Below are positions 1 to 9,717 of a stretch of DNA of 64,000 bases, in pieces. The stretch comes from a virus. Numbering within the stretch: position 1 is the first letter of the stretch; the number at the start of each line of letters is the position of its first letter. Below the pieces are notes generated by a model. It did no database searches. It was not told where the DNA came from and saw nothing but the letters and a program-made list of their open reading frames with translations. The translations under genes were made by a program, and so were the position numbers. The stretch covers positions 46,338-110,337 of the IMG/VR virus record IMGVR_UViG_3300017765_000001; one strand, given 5' to 3'.

Positions 1-670
1 TAGTCTTTGGATTCACAATTGTCACCTCATGTGACAATTTTGGCATAGTTGTAAAGAAGTTCTCAATCTTCTTGAATTGTTGTGAATTCATCTGCTCAAG
101 AAAATCAGTCAGTTCTTTTTTGCTACAATCTGCTGCAGCCCAGACCTCGTCTTCATTATAAATTTTATCAATACATGCAGCAATCAAATTAAATGATTGA
201 TCCACACTTGTTTTTTCATTAAAATCAAAATTAGTTTTAATGAATTGTTCAAGTGATGGATACTTCATTTCCATAATCAGGTCATCATCCAATTTAATTT
301 TCTTGTCATGACCATCATATTCTTTGACTTCAATTTCATCAAGTGAAATTTCTACCTTCACAGATGTTTCATTGTCATCAGGTGCAATAATATTAACTTC
401 TACCTCTTCTCCCACAGACTTCCCTCTAATATTGAGAAATAGATACTCAATATCAAAGGTAGGAAGTTCCTCTACTTTTACACCTCTTGTTTTGATGCAA
501 GATTGTAATACAGATTTGATGGCAGTTGTAATATCTTTTTGATCCTCACTCTCTAATGCCAAAACAAGTAATTTTTCTTCTTTGACCAGAAAGGGTCTGT
601 ATTTTACTTCTTTCTTAGTTGATGGTAGCACCAAAGAATATGTTGGTGTTGCAATTGTTGGTAAAGGCAT
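1..670 (-). CDS. gp26: Baseplate hub subunit, T4 gp26-like (3' end outside window)
   Basis: Manual translation from ATG at 670: MPLPTIATPTYSLVLPSTKKEVKYRPFLVKEEKLL...LPTFDIEYLFLNIRGKSVGE; late promoter ATAAATA at 696-702. Confidence 0.85.
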   Translation of the reverse strand, partial: MPLPTIATPTYSLVLPSTKKEVKYRPFLVKEEKLLVLALESEDQKDITTAIKSVLQSCIKTRGVKVEELPTFDIEYLFLNIRGKSVGEEVEVNIIAPDDNETSVKVEISLDEIEVKEYDGHDKKIKLDDDLIMEMKYPSLEQFIKTNFDFNEKTSVDQSFNLIAACIDKIYNEDEVWAAADCSKKELTDFLEQMNSQQFKKIENFFTTMPKLSHEVTIVNPKT

Positions 671-695
671 AACAACCTAAAAAATTCAGTGTGAT

Positions 696-702
696 TATTT
701 AT
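696..702 (-). promoter_or_regulatory. T4-type late promoter (ATAAATA)
   Basis: ATAAATA about 25 nt upstream of the gp26 start. Confidence 0.6.
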
Positions 703-1523
703 GCCTTCTTTTTACCCTTTGGATCTTTATAAATTTCATTCTGATTGATGGCTTCAATTATTGTCATTCCTTCAGGAATATACTTAGTACCTCCAATACC
801 AGGTGGAATCTGCTTTCCACTGACTGCTCTAAATCCTTTTCCTTTTTTATTCTTAACAAGGTCACCTGGTCTCTCAAAATCAACTGAAATTGGGTCAATA
901 TTAATATCTAGGTACTCTCTTACATATCTAACATATGAAAAAGATACGGAGAATCTTAGTATATCACTTGTTTCATAACTTATGGGTATGTTATTGATTG
1001 CAACTGGGAAGGCATCAACAAATGTATGATATAACTGTCTATCAAGTAAATCTTTTTCAAACTTATTGACATGTATGTTTGTCTTATATGAATCAGGAAA
1101 ATGATTTCTAAATCCAACCTGAGTATTTTTATATGCAGAAATACCTCCAGGATTGTCACCTACACCTGATATCCAATCAATCCATCCCTCAAAGAATTCA
1201 ATAATCTTATATTTTTTATCAACATAGAAAGTCATATCAAGAGTCTCATCATATATTCTTCTATATGCTAATTTCTCTGTGACTCCCATGTAGTCATTGG
1301 TCTTATCATGAGTAGCAAGAGCACTTCCTGGCAGAGTAGTTTCATTACAAAGCAATTCTAAGAATCCATTTTCACCACTATAATTTAATCCTCTACCTTC
1401 AAGCATTGTTGCAACATCAGCAGGAGGTTGAAACTTCACCATAAATTGTGAAGACTGTGCCAAGTTCATGAACCTGGATTTCAGTGATGAAGTAGATATT
1501 CTTCCTGAGCGTGCCCCCGCCAT
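699..1523 (-). CDS. Baseplate tail-tube initiator, gp54/gp19-like
   Basis: LLCNETTLPG, YRRIYDETLDMTFYVD, FFEGWIDWI, FVDAFPVAI, FSVSFSY tail-tube-fold motifs; position between gp26 and gp4. Confidence 0.7.
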   Translation of the reverse strand: MAGARSGRISTSSLKSRFMNLAQSSQFMVKFQPPADVATMLEGRGLNYSGENGFLELLCNETTLPGSALATHDKTNDYMGVTEKLAYRRIYDETLDMTFYVDKKYKIIEFFEGWIDWISGVGDNPGGISAYKNTQVGFRNHFPDSYKTNIHVNKFEKDLLDRQLYHTFVDAFPVAINNIPISYETSDILRFSVSFSYVRYVREYLDINIDPISVDFERPGDLVKNKKGKGFRAVSGKQIPPGIGGTKYIPEGMTIIEAINQNEIYKDPKGKKKA

Positions 1524-1524
1524 C

Positions 1525-1532
1525 TATAAATA
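1525..1532 (+). promoter_or_regulatory. T4 late promoter TATAAATA
   Basis: Exact consensus just upstream of gp4. Confidence 0.7.
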
Positions 1533-1554
1533 AACGTGATTACTATAACTATGT

Positions 1555-2031
1555 ATGATTAAAGTGGCAGGATCTTACAAGAGTAGATATAAACCTAGTC
1601 ACCCTGAAAAATACAAAGGCAATTCCAGTAATATCATTTGTAGAAGTAATTGGGAAAGAACCTTTTGTAAGTATTGTGATCTAAATGAAAATGTAGTCAG
1701 TTGGGCAAGTGAAGAATTCAATATACCATATGTTTCACCAGTTGATAATAGAGTTCACAGATATTATCCAGACTTTTTGATTGAAGTGAAAGAAAACAAT
1801 AGAATTAAAAAATATGTAATTGAGATTAAACCCAAAAAACAAACAAGTCCTCCACCAAAAAAATCAAGAGTTACTAAATCATACATCTATGAGTGTAAAA
1901 CCTTTGAAGTGAATAGAGCAAAGTGGAGAGCAGCAAGGGAATTCTGTATAGACAATGGACTTGAGTTTAAAATCATAACAGAAGAAGAACTCTATGGATC
2001 AAGAGGAATACCTAGAAAGCGCAAACAATAG
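1555..2031 (+). CDS. gp4: Head completion protein gp4 (nuclease-like fold)
   Basis: YKPSHPEKYKG, CRSNWER, WASEE, HRYYPDF, IEIKP, NRAKW; start may be GTG at 1564. Confidence 0.9.
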   Translation: MIKVAGSYKSRYKPSHPEKYKGNSSNIICRSNWERTFCKYCDLNENVVSWASEEFNIPYVSPVDNRVHRYYPDFLIEVKENNRIKKYVIEIKPKKQTSPPPKKSRVTKSYIYECKTFEVNRAKWRAAREFCIDNGLEFKIITEEELYGSRGIPRKRKQ

Positions 2032-2371
2032 GTTTGAGTATATTGTGGATGACATTATCTCTGAATCGTCAGCAGATGATAGAATGCAGAAAATCTTGGA
2101 AGTTGCTACTGATGTTGAAGTTATCCCTGATGTAGGTAGATACTATACCTTCATATACGCCCCCAAAACACCCAGAATACAATATGACCAAAATCCACTG
2201 ATAGCATGTGTTGAAGTTCAAAGGTGGGGATTCAAAGGTCTTAACTATCATTGGGGTGAAGTTAGAAATTATACCTGGAATGAAGTTATAGGACAGATGC
2301 ATGTTATTTACCCAATGGAACTGACTGATTTGAGGTCTATTCCATATCAATATATTAGAATAAATAATTAA
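1994..2371 (+). CDS. DNA end protector gp2-like protein (short form)
   Basis: GRYYTFIYAPKT...YDQNPLI...GLNYH resembles the T4 gp2 core GRIYAFAYDAK...WDKFPLI...GLNLH; follows gp4. Confidence 0.6.
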   Translation: MDQEEYLESANNRFEYIVDDIISESSADDRMQKILEVATDVEVIPDVGRYYTFIYAPKTPRIQYDQNPLIACVEVQRWGFKGLNYHWGEVRNYTWNEVIGQMHVIYPMELTDLRSIPYQYIRINN

Positions 2372-2387
2372 ATAAAGTATCCTACCA

Positions 2388-4019
2388 ATGAGTCGTAAAT
2401 ATAAAAAAAATTTAGACGGGTGGGTAGCGCATTTGGATGAAGCAGGTCTCCCCACGAAAAAATGGACTGGAGAGATAAGAATCAATAAAGAATTAAAAAA
2501 GAAGAAACAGGGTCAAACTGATAAAAAGAGAAAAAAACAAACACTTAAATTAGAACTTGACACAGATCAAGGTGATTACTATGTTTATGAACCAGGAAGT
2601 GAAACACCAATATACAGATACAACCCAAGAGTTGATAAGGTAACGATAAGCGATGAAGAAAAATTTGAGGAGTATTTTGTTGGTGATAAAAACAAAGAAA
2701 AACAACTAGAAAAAATTAGAAAAAATGCACTGTCAAGTATTCTTGCTTTAGCAGAGTCTGAATATGATAGAGCAGCAGCCTTAAGGCTGAATAATGATGA
2801 ACCACGAAGAGATGATAAGAGATTGAAGAGAATACTTGAAAAACTTGAGAAGAAGAAAGGATTTAAATCTCTTAATAATACTGCTGAACCTGCTGAAATT
2901 GCTGAAGTAACATCACAAGACAAGGGTAAGAAGGACAAGGGTCCAAATACTCCAAAAGATGGTAAAGTTTCTGCCAATGTTGATGTGGAGTTAAGTATTA
3001 ATACAGCATCTGGAGGATCTGGAGTATCTGGAGGATCTGGAGGTGGTGGTGGATCTGTGCAAAATTCTGGTTCAGGAAATCGTATTGACACAGAGTCAGA
3101 TATTGTCAAAACATCAATTGTGAGTCTTGAAATGCCTATAGAGACTCCTCCAGTTGCAGCAATAAATGATGGTAGCATGAGATATCCAGTTATACCACCA
3201 CCTTTTGGGTATGACCATATCAGAATCACTGCTTATGCTTATGTTGAGTCTGGACTAAGCAAGCAACAAGCTGAAACAACAAAAGACCTTAAGAAAAGAT
3301 TTACTAAATCTTTAGGAGATGTTGTTTTACCCATGCAACCTAATCTCTCAGAAACAAACTCAATTGATTGGGGTGGAGATAAAATAAATGCTCTTCAAGT
3401 TGCTGCTGCTGGTGTAGCTATGAGTGGTATTGAAAAACTTGGTGATTTGGATGTAGTTGGAGCTGTTACAGGAATGGCTGGACAGACCATGGGAGAGATA
3501 AAAAAAGCTTTAGCTGATCCAGCAACAAAACAAGCAGTAGCAGCATACTTTGCTGGTCAGGCAGTTGGTGCAAATGTCTTGACAAGAACAACAGGAACTG
3601 TCATCAATCCCAATCTTGAGCTTCTCTTCTCTGGACCAAGATTGAGAACTTTTAACTTCAATTTCAATCTTACACCAAGATCTGATGATGAAGCAATAAT
3701 GATAAGAAGAATAATTAGATTTTTCAAAAAAACATCTACACCTTCAATTTCATCATCAGGTAATTTTTTACAGACACCATCTGTATACTTACTAGAATAT
3801 ATTTTTGATCAGGATGATGGTGGACAACATCCATATTTGAATAAATTTAAACCATGTGCATTGACTTCTTTTAATGTAAATTATACCCCTGATGGGTCTT
3901 ATTCTACATATAAAACAGGATCAATGACATCATATTCTATAACTATGTCATTTGGTGAACTTCAACCAATTTATGCAGGTGATTATATCAATAGTTCAGG
4001 GGACGACATGGGATTCTAA
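2388..4019 (+). CDS. gp48: Baseplate tail tube cap gp48 with long N-terminal extension
   Basis: C-terminal INPNLELLFSGPRLRTFNFNFNLTPRS and KPCALTSFNVNYTPDG; late promoter ATAAATA 2360-2366; precedes gp53. Confidence 0.85.
   Translation: MSRKYKKNLDGWVAHLDEAGLPTKKWTGEIRINKELKKKKQGQTDKKRKKQTLKLELDTDQGDYYVYEPGSETPIYRYNPRVDKVTISDEEKFEEYFVGDKNKEKQLEKIRKNALSSILALAESEYDRAAALRLNNDEPRRDDKRLKRILEKLEKKKGFKSLNNTAEPAEIAEVTSQDKGKKDKGPNTPKDGKVSANVDVELSINTASGGSGVSGGSGGGGGSVQNSGSGNRIDTESDIVKTSIVSLEMPIETPPVAAINDGSMRYPVIPPPFGYDHIRITAYAYVESGLSKQQAETTKDLKKRFTKSLGDVVLPMQPNLSETNSIDWGGDKINALQVAAAGVAMSGIEKLGDLDVVGAVTGMAGQTMGEIKKALADPATKQAVAAYFAGQAVGANVLTRTTGTVINPNLELLFSGPRLRTFNFNFNLTPRSDDEAIMIRRIIRFFKKTSTPSISSSGNFLQTPSVYLLEYIFDQDDGGQHPYLNKFKPCALTSFNVNYTPDGSYSTYKTGSMTSYSITMSFGELQPIYAGDYINSSGDDMGF
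3008..3043 (+). repeat. 4 x 9-nt tandem repeat (ATCTGGAGG/T) encoding a Gly-Ser linker
   Basis: atctggagg atctggagt atctggagg atctggagg = SGGSGVSGGSGG inside gp48. Confidence 0.85.
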
Positions 4020-4678
4020 TGGCAAATCAGTACTTTTCTTACTTACCAGACTTTGAGTATGTTAGCAGATTATCTGGAGCTAACATTTCAGACTATGTAA
4101 GAGTTAAAAATCTATTTAAGAGAACAAAAGTCAATGACACAATATTTGGTGATTTAACCAATTTCACCAAATATAAGATTATTGGCAATGAAAGACCAGA
4201 CCAGGTGGCTTTCAAGATTTATGGAGATTCAAATCTTGATTGGTTGGTAATGTTGACTAATAATATAGTCAATTACCAGAATGAATGGCCACTACAAGAG
4301 GATGCATTCTATAATTACCTCATTGGGAAATATGGCAGTGAAGAGAAGATCTTTGGTGTTCATCACTATGAAACTAAAGAAGTCAAATCATCACTTGGTG
4401 TGACTATTGTTCCACAAGGTTTAGAAGTGCCTTCAACTTATTCTGTGACATTCTATGATAATGGTCAGATGAAGACAGAAAGTTTATTGGATACTGTGAC
4501 AAACTATGAGTATGAACAAAAGATACAGAATGACAGAAGAAATATATTTTTACTTAAAACACAGTTTTTAAGTCTCGCACTTGAAACTGTTGAAGATGTT
4601 CTTGCTAATCAATCAGGTAGTTCACAGTATGTCTCTGATGAATTAACAAGGGGAGAAAATATAAGATTATATCAATAA
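4019..4678 (+). CDS. gp53: Baseplate wedge protein gp53
   Basis: YFSYLPDFEY, KNLFKR, ERPDQVAFKIYGD, NEWPL, HHYETKEV, VTNYEYE. Confidence 0.9.
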   Translation: MANQYFSYLPDFEYVSRLSGANISDYVRVKNLFKRTKVNDTIFGDLTNFTKYKIIGNERPDQVAFKIYGDSNLDWLVMLTNNIVNYQNEWPLQEDAFYNYLIGKYGSEEKIFGVHHYETKEVKSSLGVTIVPQGLEVPSTYSVTFYDNGQMKTESLLDTVTNYEYEQKIQNDRRNIFLLKTQFLSLALETVEDVLANQSGSSQYVSDELTRGENIRLYQ

Positions 4679-4751
4679 AAAAGGTAAAGGGGGCAAAAAA
4701 TTCTGGAGAAATTTTTTACCCCTTTTTTGGAATTAAAGGTGAATTTTAATT

Positions 4752-4820
4752 TCACCCTCTTAACAGATTAATGTATGATGCTATCACAAGAAGTGTCAAA
4801 CATATCTGATTGTATTTCAT
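4752..4820 (-). CDS. 22-aa hydrophobic micro-ORF after gp32
   Basis: MKYNQICLTLLVIASYINLLRG, starts 2 nt after the gp32 stop; not in the ORF track. Confidence 0.4.
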   Translation of the reverse strand: MKYNQICLTLLVIASYINLLRG

Positions 4821-4822
4821 CA

Positions 4823-5755
4823 TCAACTATCAGCAAGTTTAGAGAAGTAAGACATAGGATCATCGTCATCAGAAGTGGATGTTGATTCAACTTGCTTTGA
4901 TGCCTTGTAAGAATCTTCAAGTTTCTGCATAACATCTTCTTCGCTGACAGACTTCTGTTCTGTTGCTGCGTAGTTGTCATATTCAGTCTCCTCCTGTGCT
5001 ACATTACGTGTTGATTTTGATCCCAGAACATAATCAAGACGCTTCTTCAGTTCATCATAGGTTTTGAACTGATCAGCAGCAGTAAATGCACTCAGAGAAT
5101 ATTGCTTCTTCCAAAGTGCTTCAAGGGCATCATCATCATCCAGGAGAGGACCCTGACGATCAAACTCAGAGGAGTCATAATTCCAATACCCAGCAACCTT
5201 CTTCAACTTCAGTTTGAAGTTTGCACCTTGCCAGAAGTCAAAGGGGTTGATAGGAGTTTCATCTTCAAACTCAGGTTGCATGGCATCCATGATCTTGTCA
5301 AAGATCTTCTTACCAAACTTATAAAGGAATACACCACCCTCATTCTGAGGATTGGCAGGATCTTTCACAACATAGATGTTTGCATAAAAAGAAAGCTTAC
5401 GCTTTTGCTTACGAACAACATCCTTATCAGACTCATTTCCACTGTTCCAGAGTTCACGATTGAGTTCTCCAACAGGATCTTTCCCACTAACTGTTGTCAG
5501 TGAGTTTTCAATATACCATCCACCAGGTCCTTGGAATGCATGAGAATACAGTTTCACCCAGGGGAGATCTTCTCCTTCAGGTGCTGGTAGGAAGCGAATG
5601 ACTGCATATCCATTACCAGACTTGTCCATTTCTGGTTTCCAGAGGCGATCATCTGCCCCACTACCACCAGAGTTATTCATTTTTTCAACTTCTTTCACCA
5701 ACTTATTGGTGAGAGACCCAAGTGAAGATTGTTTCTTCAGGTCTGAAAAAGACAT
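4823..5755 (-). CDS. gp32: Single-stranded DNA-binding protein gp32
   Basis: DDRLWKP..DKSGNGYAVIRFLP, WYIENSLTT, FGKKIFDKI, acidic tail DDDDPMSYFSKLA. Confidence 0.97.
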   Translation of the reverse strand: MSFSDLKKQSSLGSLTNKLVKEVEKMNNSGGSGADDRLWKPEMDKSGNGYAVIRFLPAPEGEDLPWVKLYSHAFQGPGGWYIENSLTTVSGKDPVGELNRELWNSGNESDKDVVRKQKRKLSFYANIYVVKDPANPQNEGGVFLYKFGKKIFDKIMDAMQPEFEDETPINPFDFWQGANFKLKLKKVAGYWNYDSSEFDRQGPLLDDDDALEALWKKQYSLSAFTAADQFKTYDELKKRLDYVLGSKSTRNVAQEETEYDNYAATEQKSVSEEDVMQKLEDSYKASKQVESTSTSDDDDPMSYFSKLADS

Positions 5756-5825
5756 TGGATTTACCTCTTATTTGTTAGATTTGGCCTGTTCCCTTAGCTT
5801 GTGTGAGGGTTGGGTAGCCTCTTAT

Positions 5826-5853
5826 ATTCTATTGGGTTTGTGTCAGTTGTCAA
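5826..5853 (-). promoter_or_regulatory. Sigma70-type promoter for gp32
   Basis: TTGACA-N16-TAGAAT. Confidence 0.6.
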
Positions 5854-6182
5854 GAATTATTCAAAGACTTCTTCATATTCTCAATCATATTAACCATATT
5901 GGAGAAAACATAATCAAGATTCACATCTGGGGGGAACCCAAGTTGTTTTGCTTGTGATATGATGTTTTCTTTCATTTTGACAGCATCAGGATCATCAGAC
6001 AATGTAAGTCTAGTATAAAAGATTCTCTGCCTCTTCAGCAGATCTTCCATCATTTCTATATGTTCTATTTTATCCTCTTTGCTCATGGCAGGAAAAAGGA
6101 AAACAGATTTATAGACCTTCTCTTGAAGTTTCTCAATCTCTCTCATTTCCTGCTGAACAATATCAGACTTAAAATAACTCAT
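5850..6182 (-). CDS. Conserved cyanophage protein (DUF1825-like)
   Basis: MSYFKSDIVQQEM...KRQRIFYTRLTLSDDPDA; usual position between gp59 and gp32. Confidence 0.65.
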   Translation of the reverse strand: MSYFKSDIVQQEMREIEKLQEKVYKSVFLFPAMSKEDKIEHIEMMEDLLKRQRIFYTRLTLSDDPDAVKMKENIISQAKQLGFPPDVNLDYVFSNMVNMIENMKKSLNNS

Positions 6183-6781
6183 ATCCCTAGAACCTGTTTA
6201 AGAATTTTCCTATAGCGTAACACATCAATATGTAGGAAGGATTTATACTTGTCAATTCTGAGTGAAAGAAAATCCCACACAGGATCATTCATTTTATTAT
6301 CAAAATCTTTCTTGAATCCAAGAATGTTTTCAAGAATAATGAAAGTCTCTAATGATATGTTGTTCTGAAGAAGCTCTTTCACAAGAACAGGATGTTTACC
6401 ATTCTCAATGTGAAATACCTCATCAAATTTATGATCACTAAACAGTGTGTCTACCTGCTCCTTAAAGAGGTAAGACATAGACTGCATCTTCTTCTTCCAG
6501 TCTGTGTAATAGTCTTCACCATTTCTCACAATCTCACCAATCCATAAGGACTCTGGATTATCACATGCTACAAAATTAGATACAAAAAACTCAATCACCT
6601 CACTATCATTTTTTTGTCTGCTGAGTTTCTCAAAGAAATATCTATCTTTCCTTTTGTAAAAACTCTGCACAGATGCTTTTGATCTACCACAATACTTGTG
6701 GTAGTCATACTTCTGTTTTGTAAAATGATTTTTCAATCCAAGATAGGACTTGTATGTATCAAATGGTTTCACCTTGATCAT
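6179..6781 (-). CDS. gp59: Helicase loader gp59
   Basis: YLGLKNHFT..YDYHKY, FYKRKDRYFFEKL, ISLETFIIL. Confidence 0.9.
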   Translation of the reverse strand: MIKVKPFDTYKSYLGLKNHFTKQKYDYHKYCGRSKASVQSFYKRKDRYFFEKLSRQKNDSEVIEFFVSNFVACDNPESLWIGEIVRNGEDYYTDWKKKMQSMSYLFKEQVDTLFSDHKFDEVFHIENGKHPVLVKELLQNNISLETFIILENILGFKKDFDNKMNDPVWDFLSLRIDKYKSFLHIDVLRYRKILKQVLGI

Positions 6782-6953
6782 TTATCTCTTCAAAATCAAC
6801 AATTTCATCAAGTTTAACAACATGCTTATTGTCAATAAGATAGGTGTGTTCTCCATCAATCATACCCAAATACTTGAGTTGATCTTCAGGAAGATATCCC
6901 TCTCTTATTGCAGCAAGCATTCTGAGGTGTCTGAGTTCTTTGTAAGAAATCAT
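6759..6953 (-). CDS. Hypothetical protein
   Basis: 64-aa ORF overlapping the gp33 stop (ATGA). Confidence 0.6.
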   Translation of the reverse strand: MISYKELRHLRMLAAIREGYLPEDQLKYLGMIDGEHTYLIDNKHVVKLDEIVDFEEINDQGETI

Positions 6954-7210
6954 AGTGGTAACTTAGCACGAGATGTTCTTTTTAACAAGTTCAACTCCAT
7001 TGCTTCTGCTTTCAGTTTTTCCTTAAGTGGTTTTGAAACTAACTTAGGTACTGACTCAACATCCACATTGTTTTTCTCACAGAAAAAAATGATTGCATCT
7101 ATGTACTTCATGCCCTTATTTTCAAGCACAGTCTTTTCAATCTCTTCAGCAAACTTTTTAGAACTGTAGAACTTCTTCTCTATCAGTTCATTAATGTTCT
7201 CTTCAGGCAT
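6950..7210 (-). CDS. gp33: Late transcription coactivator gp33
   Basis: KFAEEIEKTV...YIDAIIFFCEKNNVDVESVPKLVSKPLKEKLKAEAMELN; start moved to ATG 7210. Confidence 0.9.
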   Translation of the reverse strand: MPEENINELIEKKFYSSKKFAEEIEKTVLENKGMKYIDAIIFFCEKNNVDVESVPKLVSKPLKEKLKAEAMELNLLKRTSRAKLPL

Positions 7211-7868
7211 AGGTTTGAAGCTTAAATTCAACAAACTCTCTAATGTATTCTGAGAGTAAGTTGATATACTTTCTCTTGTCGTATTGTTCATAAACTACAC
7301 ATTCTCCATTTTCACAAGACATTATGATGACAAACTTCTTCACCATTATACCAGTCATTTCATATAACATGCAAGCATATGCTGCACATTGTACATAATA
7401 GTGCTCAATCCACTTTTCAGGTTTTGGTTTCTTACTAGTCTTAAAATCAATCACAGCAAGTTCACCCTCATATTCAGCAATGCAATCAACTGTTCCAGCA
7501 ACACCCAATTCTTTGCTAAAGAGTGCTTGCTCAATAGCATGAATGTTATCTATCTTGTCTAGATCAGATTTAGCTTGTAGAAAGAGAAATTGCGATAGTG
7601 GTTGGACTTCAGGTAATTTAATATTGCGAAGATGGCACTCAGCAAGAGTATGCATGTCAGTGCCCCTGCTTGTGGATTGCTTTGTGATCTTGTTTGCTTC
7701 TACATTACCTACCCTTGCTCTCCATTCTCTGAAGATCTCTCTGTTGTAATGACTAATGATAGATGTAATAGAAACAAGTTTATTTCCATCTGGAGTGTCA
7801 TAGTATCTAACACCATCAATCATCTCCCTATCTAATTTAGGGTAATCAATCTCAATATGTTTGAACAT
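7203..7868 (-). CDS. PD-(D/E)xK exonuclease (RecB/Cas4-like)
   Basis: RGTDMH, AGTVDCIAEY, IDFKTS, QCAAYA. Confidence 0.85.
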   Translation of the reverse strand: MFKHIEIDYPKLDREMIDGVRYYDTPDGNKLVSITSIISHYNREIFREWRARVGNVEANKITKQSTSRGTDMHTLAECHLRNIKLPEVQPLSQFLFLQAKSDLDKIDNIHAIEQALFSKELGVAGTVDCIAEYEGELAVIDFKTSKKPKPEKWIEHYYVQCAAYACMLYEMTGIMVKKFVIIMSCENGECVVYEQYDKRKYINLLSEYIREFVEFKLQTYA

Positions 7869-8638
7869 TAGAGTCCTAATTCAAGTTTTGTTGTTATGTA
7901 CTCTTTGACAAATCCACTTCTGCAGATATCTTCAGCTTGGAATTCAATGACATCAAAGGATGGCATGTTCTTCAAGATACGCATGAAATCAATGATGCCA
8001 TTCTTCTCACTCATCTTAATAAGGTCAGTCTGTGTTGCATCACCACAGAACATGATCTTTGAACCTTCACCTACTCTGGTGATGATAGAGTCCAATTCAT
8101 GGAAATTCAAATTCTGAAACTCATCAACAATCAAAATTGAATTATCAAAGGTTGTACCTCTAATATATGATGTGCTCCAGAAACTAATAGTTCCCTGTGC
8201 CTTAAGATTATTGTAAAGCATATCAAAAGATGAGTCATCAGGCATCTCAAACATATACTTTACCATATTCTTATATGGAATTTGATAGATGTCTGATTTG
8301 TCCTCATGATCACCAGGCAGGAATCCAATCTCTCTGGTAGGCACCAAAGATCTCACAATATAGATTTTCTCATACTGAGTGTTAACATTCAATACATCCT
8401 GAAGTGCATTATATAAGGTAATGAATGTCTTGCCTGTGCCTGCACACCCATAGGCAACCATATTTTGGTTCTTCTTGTATGAATTAAAGAAAATCTCCTG
8501 GTTGTCAGTCAGTGGTTCAATTTTCTTGGCATAATCAAGATTAATTGGTTTCTTTCGCTTCATTTGTCTATTACTCATTCCAAATGGGACTGGATTGGTG
8601 CTACCAATACCTGAAGACTTTCCTCTACTCTTGGGCAT
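7868..8638 (-). CDS. phoH: PhoH-family ATPase
   Basis: GCAGTGKT Walker A, REIGFLPG, IRGTTF, VDEFQN, CGDATQTDL. Confidence 0.95.
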   Translation of the reverse strand: MPKSRGKSSGIGSTNPVPFGMSNRQMKRKKPINLDYAKKIEPLTDNQEIFFNSYKKNQNMVAYGCAGTGKTFITLYNALQDVLNVNTQYEKIYIVRSLVPTREIGFLPGDHEDKSDIYQIPYKNMVKYMFEMPDDSSFDMLYNNLKAQGTISFWSTSYIRGTTFDNSILIVDEFQNLNFHELDSIITRVGEGSKIMFCGDATQTDLIKMSEKNGIIDFMRILKNMPSFDVIEFQAEDICRSGFVKEYITTKLELGL

Positions 8639-8647
8639 AAACTCTAA

Positions 8648-8890
8648 TTAAACAGGATTAACATTTGAACCTGGCATCTTGGATACCTTATGAAGAACAT
8701 CATTCCAACCTGGATGTGACTTCTTCAGTTTATCATATGTCTCCCCTACTTCTCCCACGCCAGCACATCCAGCTGACCAATCTTTATCCCAATCAGGATT
8801 TTCATCTCTCCACTCACTATATTTAATCATAGTCATATGGAGAGTTTGTGTCTCTCCTGTCTTCATATTTTTCACTGGATATGTTGGCAT
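8648..8890 (-). CDS. Conserved cyanophage hypothetical protein
   Basis: MPTYPVKNMKTGE...GWNDVLHKV..PGS; usual position between thyX and phoH. Confidence 0.7.
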   Translation of the reverse strand: MPTYPVKNMKTGETQTLHMTMIKYSEWRDENPDWDKDWSAGCAGVGEVGETYDKLKKSHPGWNDVLHKVSKMPGSNVNPV

Positions 8891-8916
8891 ATCAACCTCA
8901 ATTGTATGTATATTTA

Positions 8917-9552
8917 TTAAACCCAGTCAAGGGCACCCCCAATGATGGGAAATTGTTCAGTAAAGAGTCTCTTACACTCATTGGCAATGTCCATATGTTC
9001 TTTCTGAGTTCCATTGGCAGATCTCAGATCAATATAGTGAATCCATGAACGAACAGATCCAGTCATGTACATTCTAGTTGGAGTTGCTAATGGTAAGACC
9101 ATACGAGCACACTCCTTTGCTACACCTCTTTCAAGCATCTGTTGATACAGTGCCATAGAAGAGTCAAACAGAGTCTGCATCTGGAGTTCCAGATTTTGTT
9201 TAACAAATGGGTCAAGATCATCAGTGGAATTCTGACGATTCTTAGTGTCCTGACGTCTCAATTCTGGAAGAGGAATCTTATCCATCAACAAAGATGAATC
9301 AGCATACCTTTGTGAAAATTCTTGATATGTGAAGCTCCTATGACGTAGCACTTGAGCCGCAATTGCTCTTGATGTTTCTATCTCAAGAGTCATGTATGCC
9401 TGTTCAAAGATGCTCCAATGCTTGTGCTTGATGCAATACTTGATAAGACCCTCAAAGGAATCATTGCCCTGGTTAGTGGGGTTACTGACCCTTGCACAGT
9501 AAGCAATGTGCTTCTCTGCATCGGGGGTGACTGATAGTAGTGTTACTTTCAT
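8917..9552 (-). CDS. thyX: FAD-dependent thymidylate synthase
   Basis: RHRSFTYQEFSQRY ThyX motif; HWSIFE; KECARMVLP. Confidence 0.97.
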   Translation of the reverse strand: MKVTLLSVTPDAEKHIAYCARVSNPTNQGNDSFEGLIKYCIKHKHWSIFEQAYMTLEIETSRAIAAQVLRHRSFTYQEFSQRYADSSLLMDKIPLPELRRQDTKNRQNSTDDLDPFVKQNLELQMQTLFDSSMALYQQMLERGVAKECARMVLPLATPTRMYMTGSVRSWIHYIDLRSANGTQKEHMDIANECKRLFTEQFPIIGGALDWV

Positions 9553-9716
9553 TTAAAATTCTTCCTCACCTTTTTTAGTTCCTTTAGTTCCTCTTTAATT
9601 TGTTGATAAGCATCCTCTGTTTTGATTTTGTCTGCCATTTCCATGGCTGTGATTATTTCAACTCTTGTTCCAAAATGTTGTAGTGCCCTTTCAAAACAAT
9701 CTAATTCTTCGTACAT
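9549..9716 (-). CDS. Hypothetical protein
   Basis: MYEELDCFERALQHFGTRVE; AGAGG SD upstream of ATG 9716. Confidence 0.6.
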   Translation of the reverse strand: MYEELDCFERALQHFGTRVEIITAMEMADKIKTEDAYQQIKEELKELKKVRKNFK

Positions 9717-9717
9717 T

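Noticed and set aside
2585-3229. 214-aa minus-strand ORF opposite gp48
   Set aside because: Antisense shadow of a Lys/Glu/Gly-rich region
7203-7868. Cas4 as evidence of a CRISPR system
   Set aside because: Standard core exonuclease beside phoH, without the four-Cys Fe-S pattern or an array
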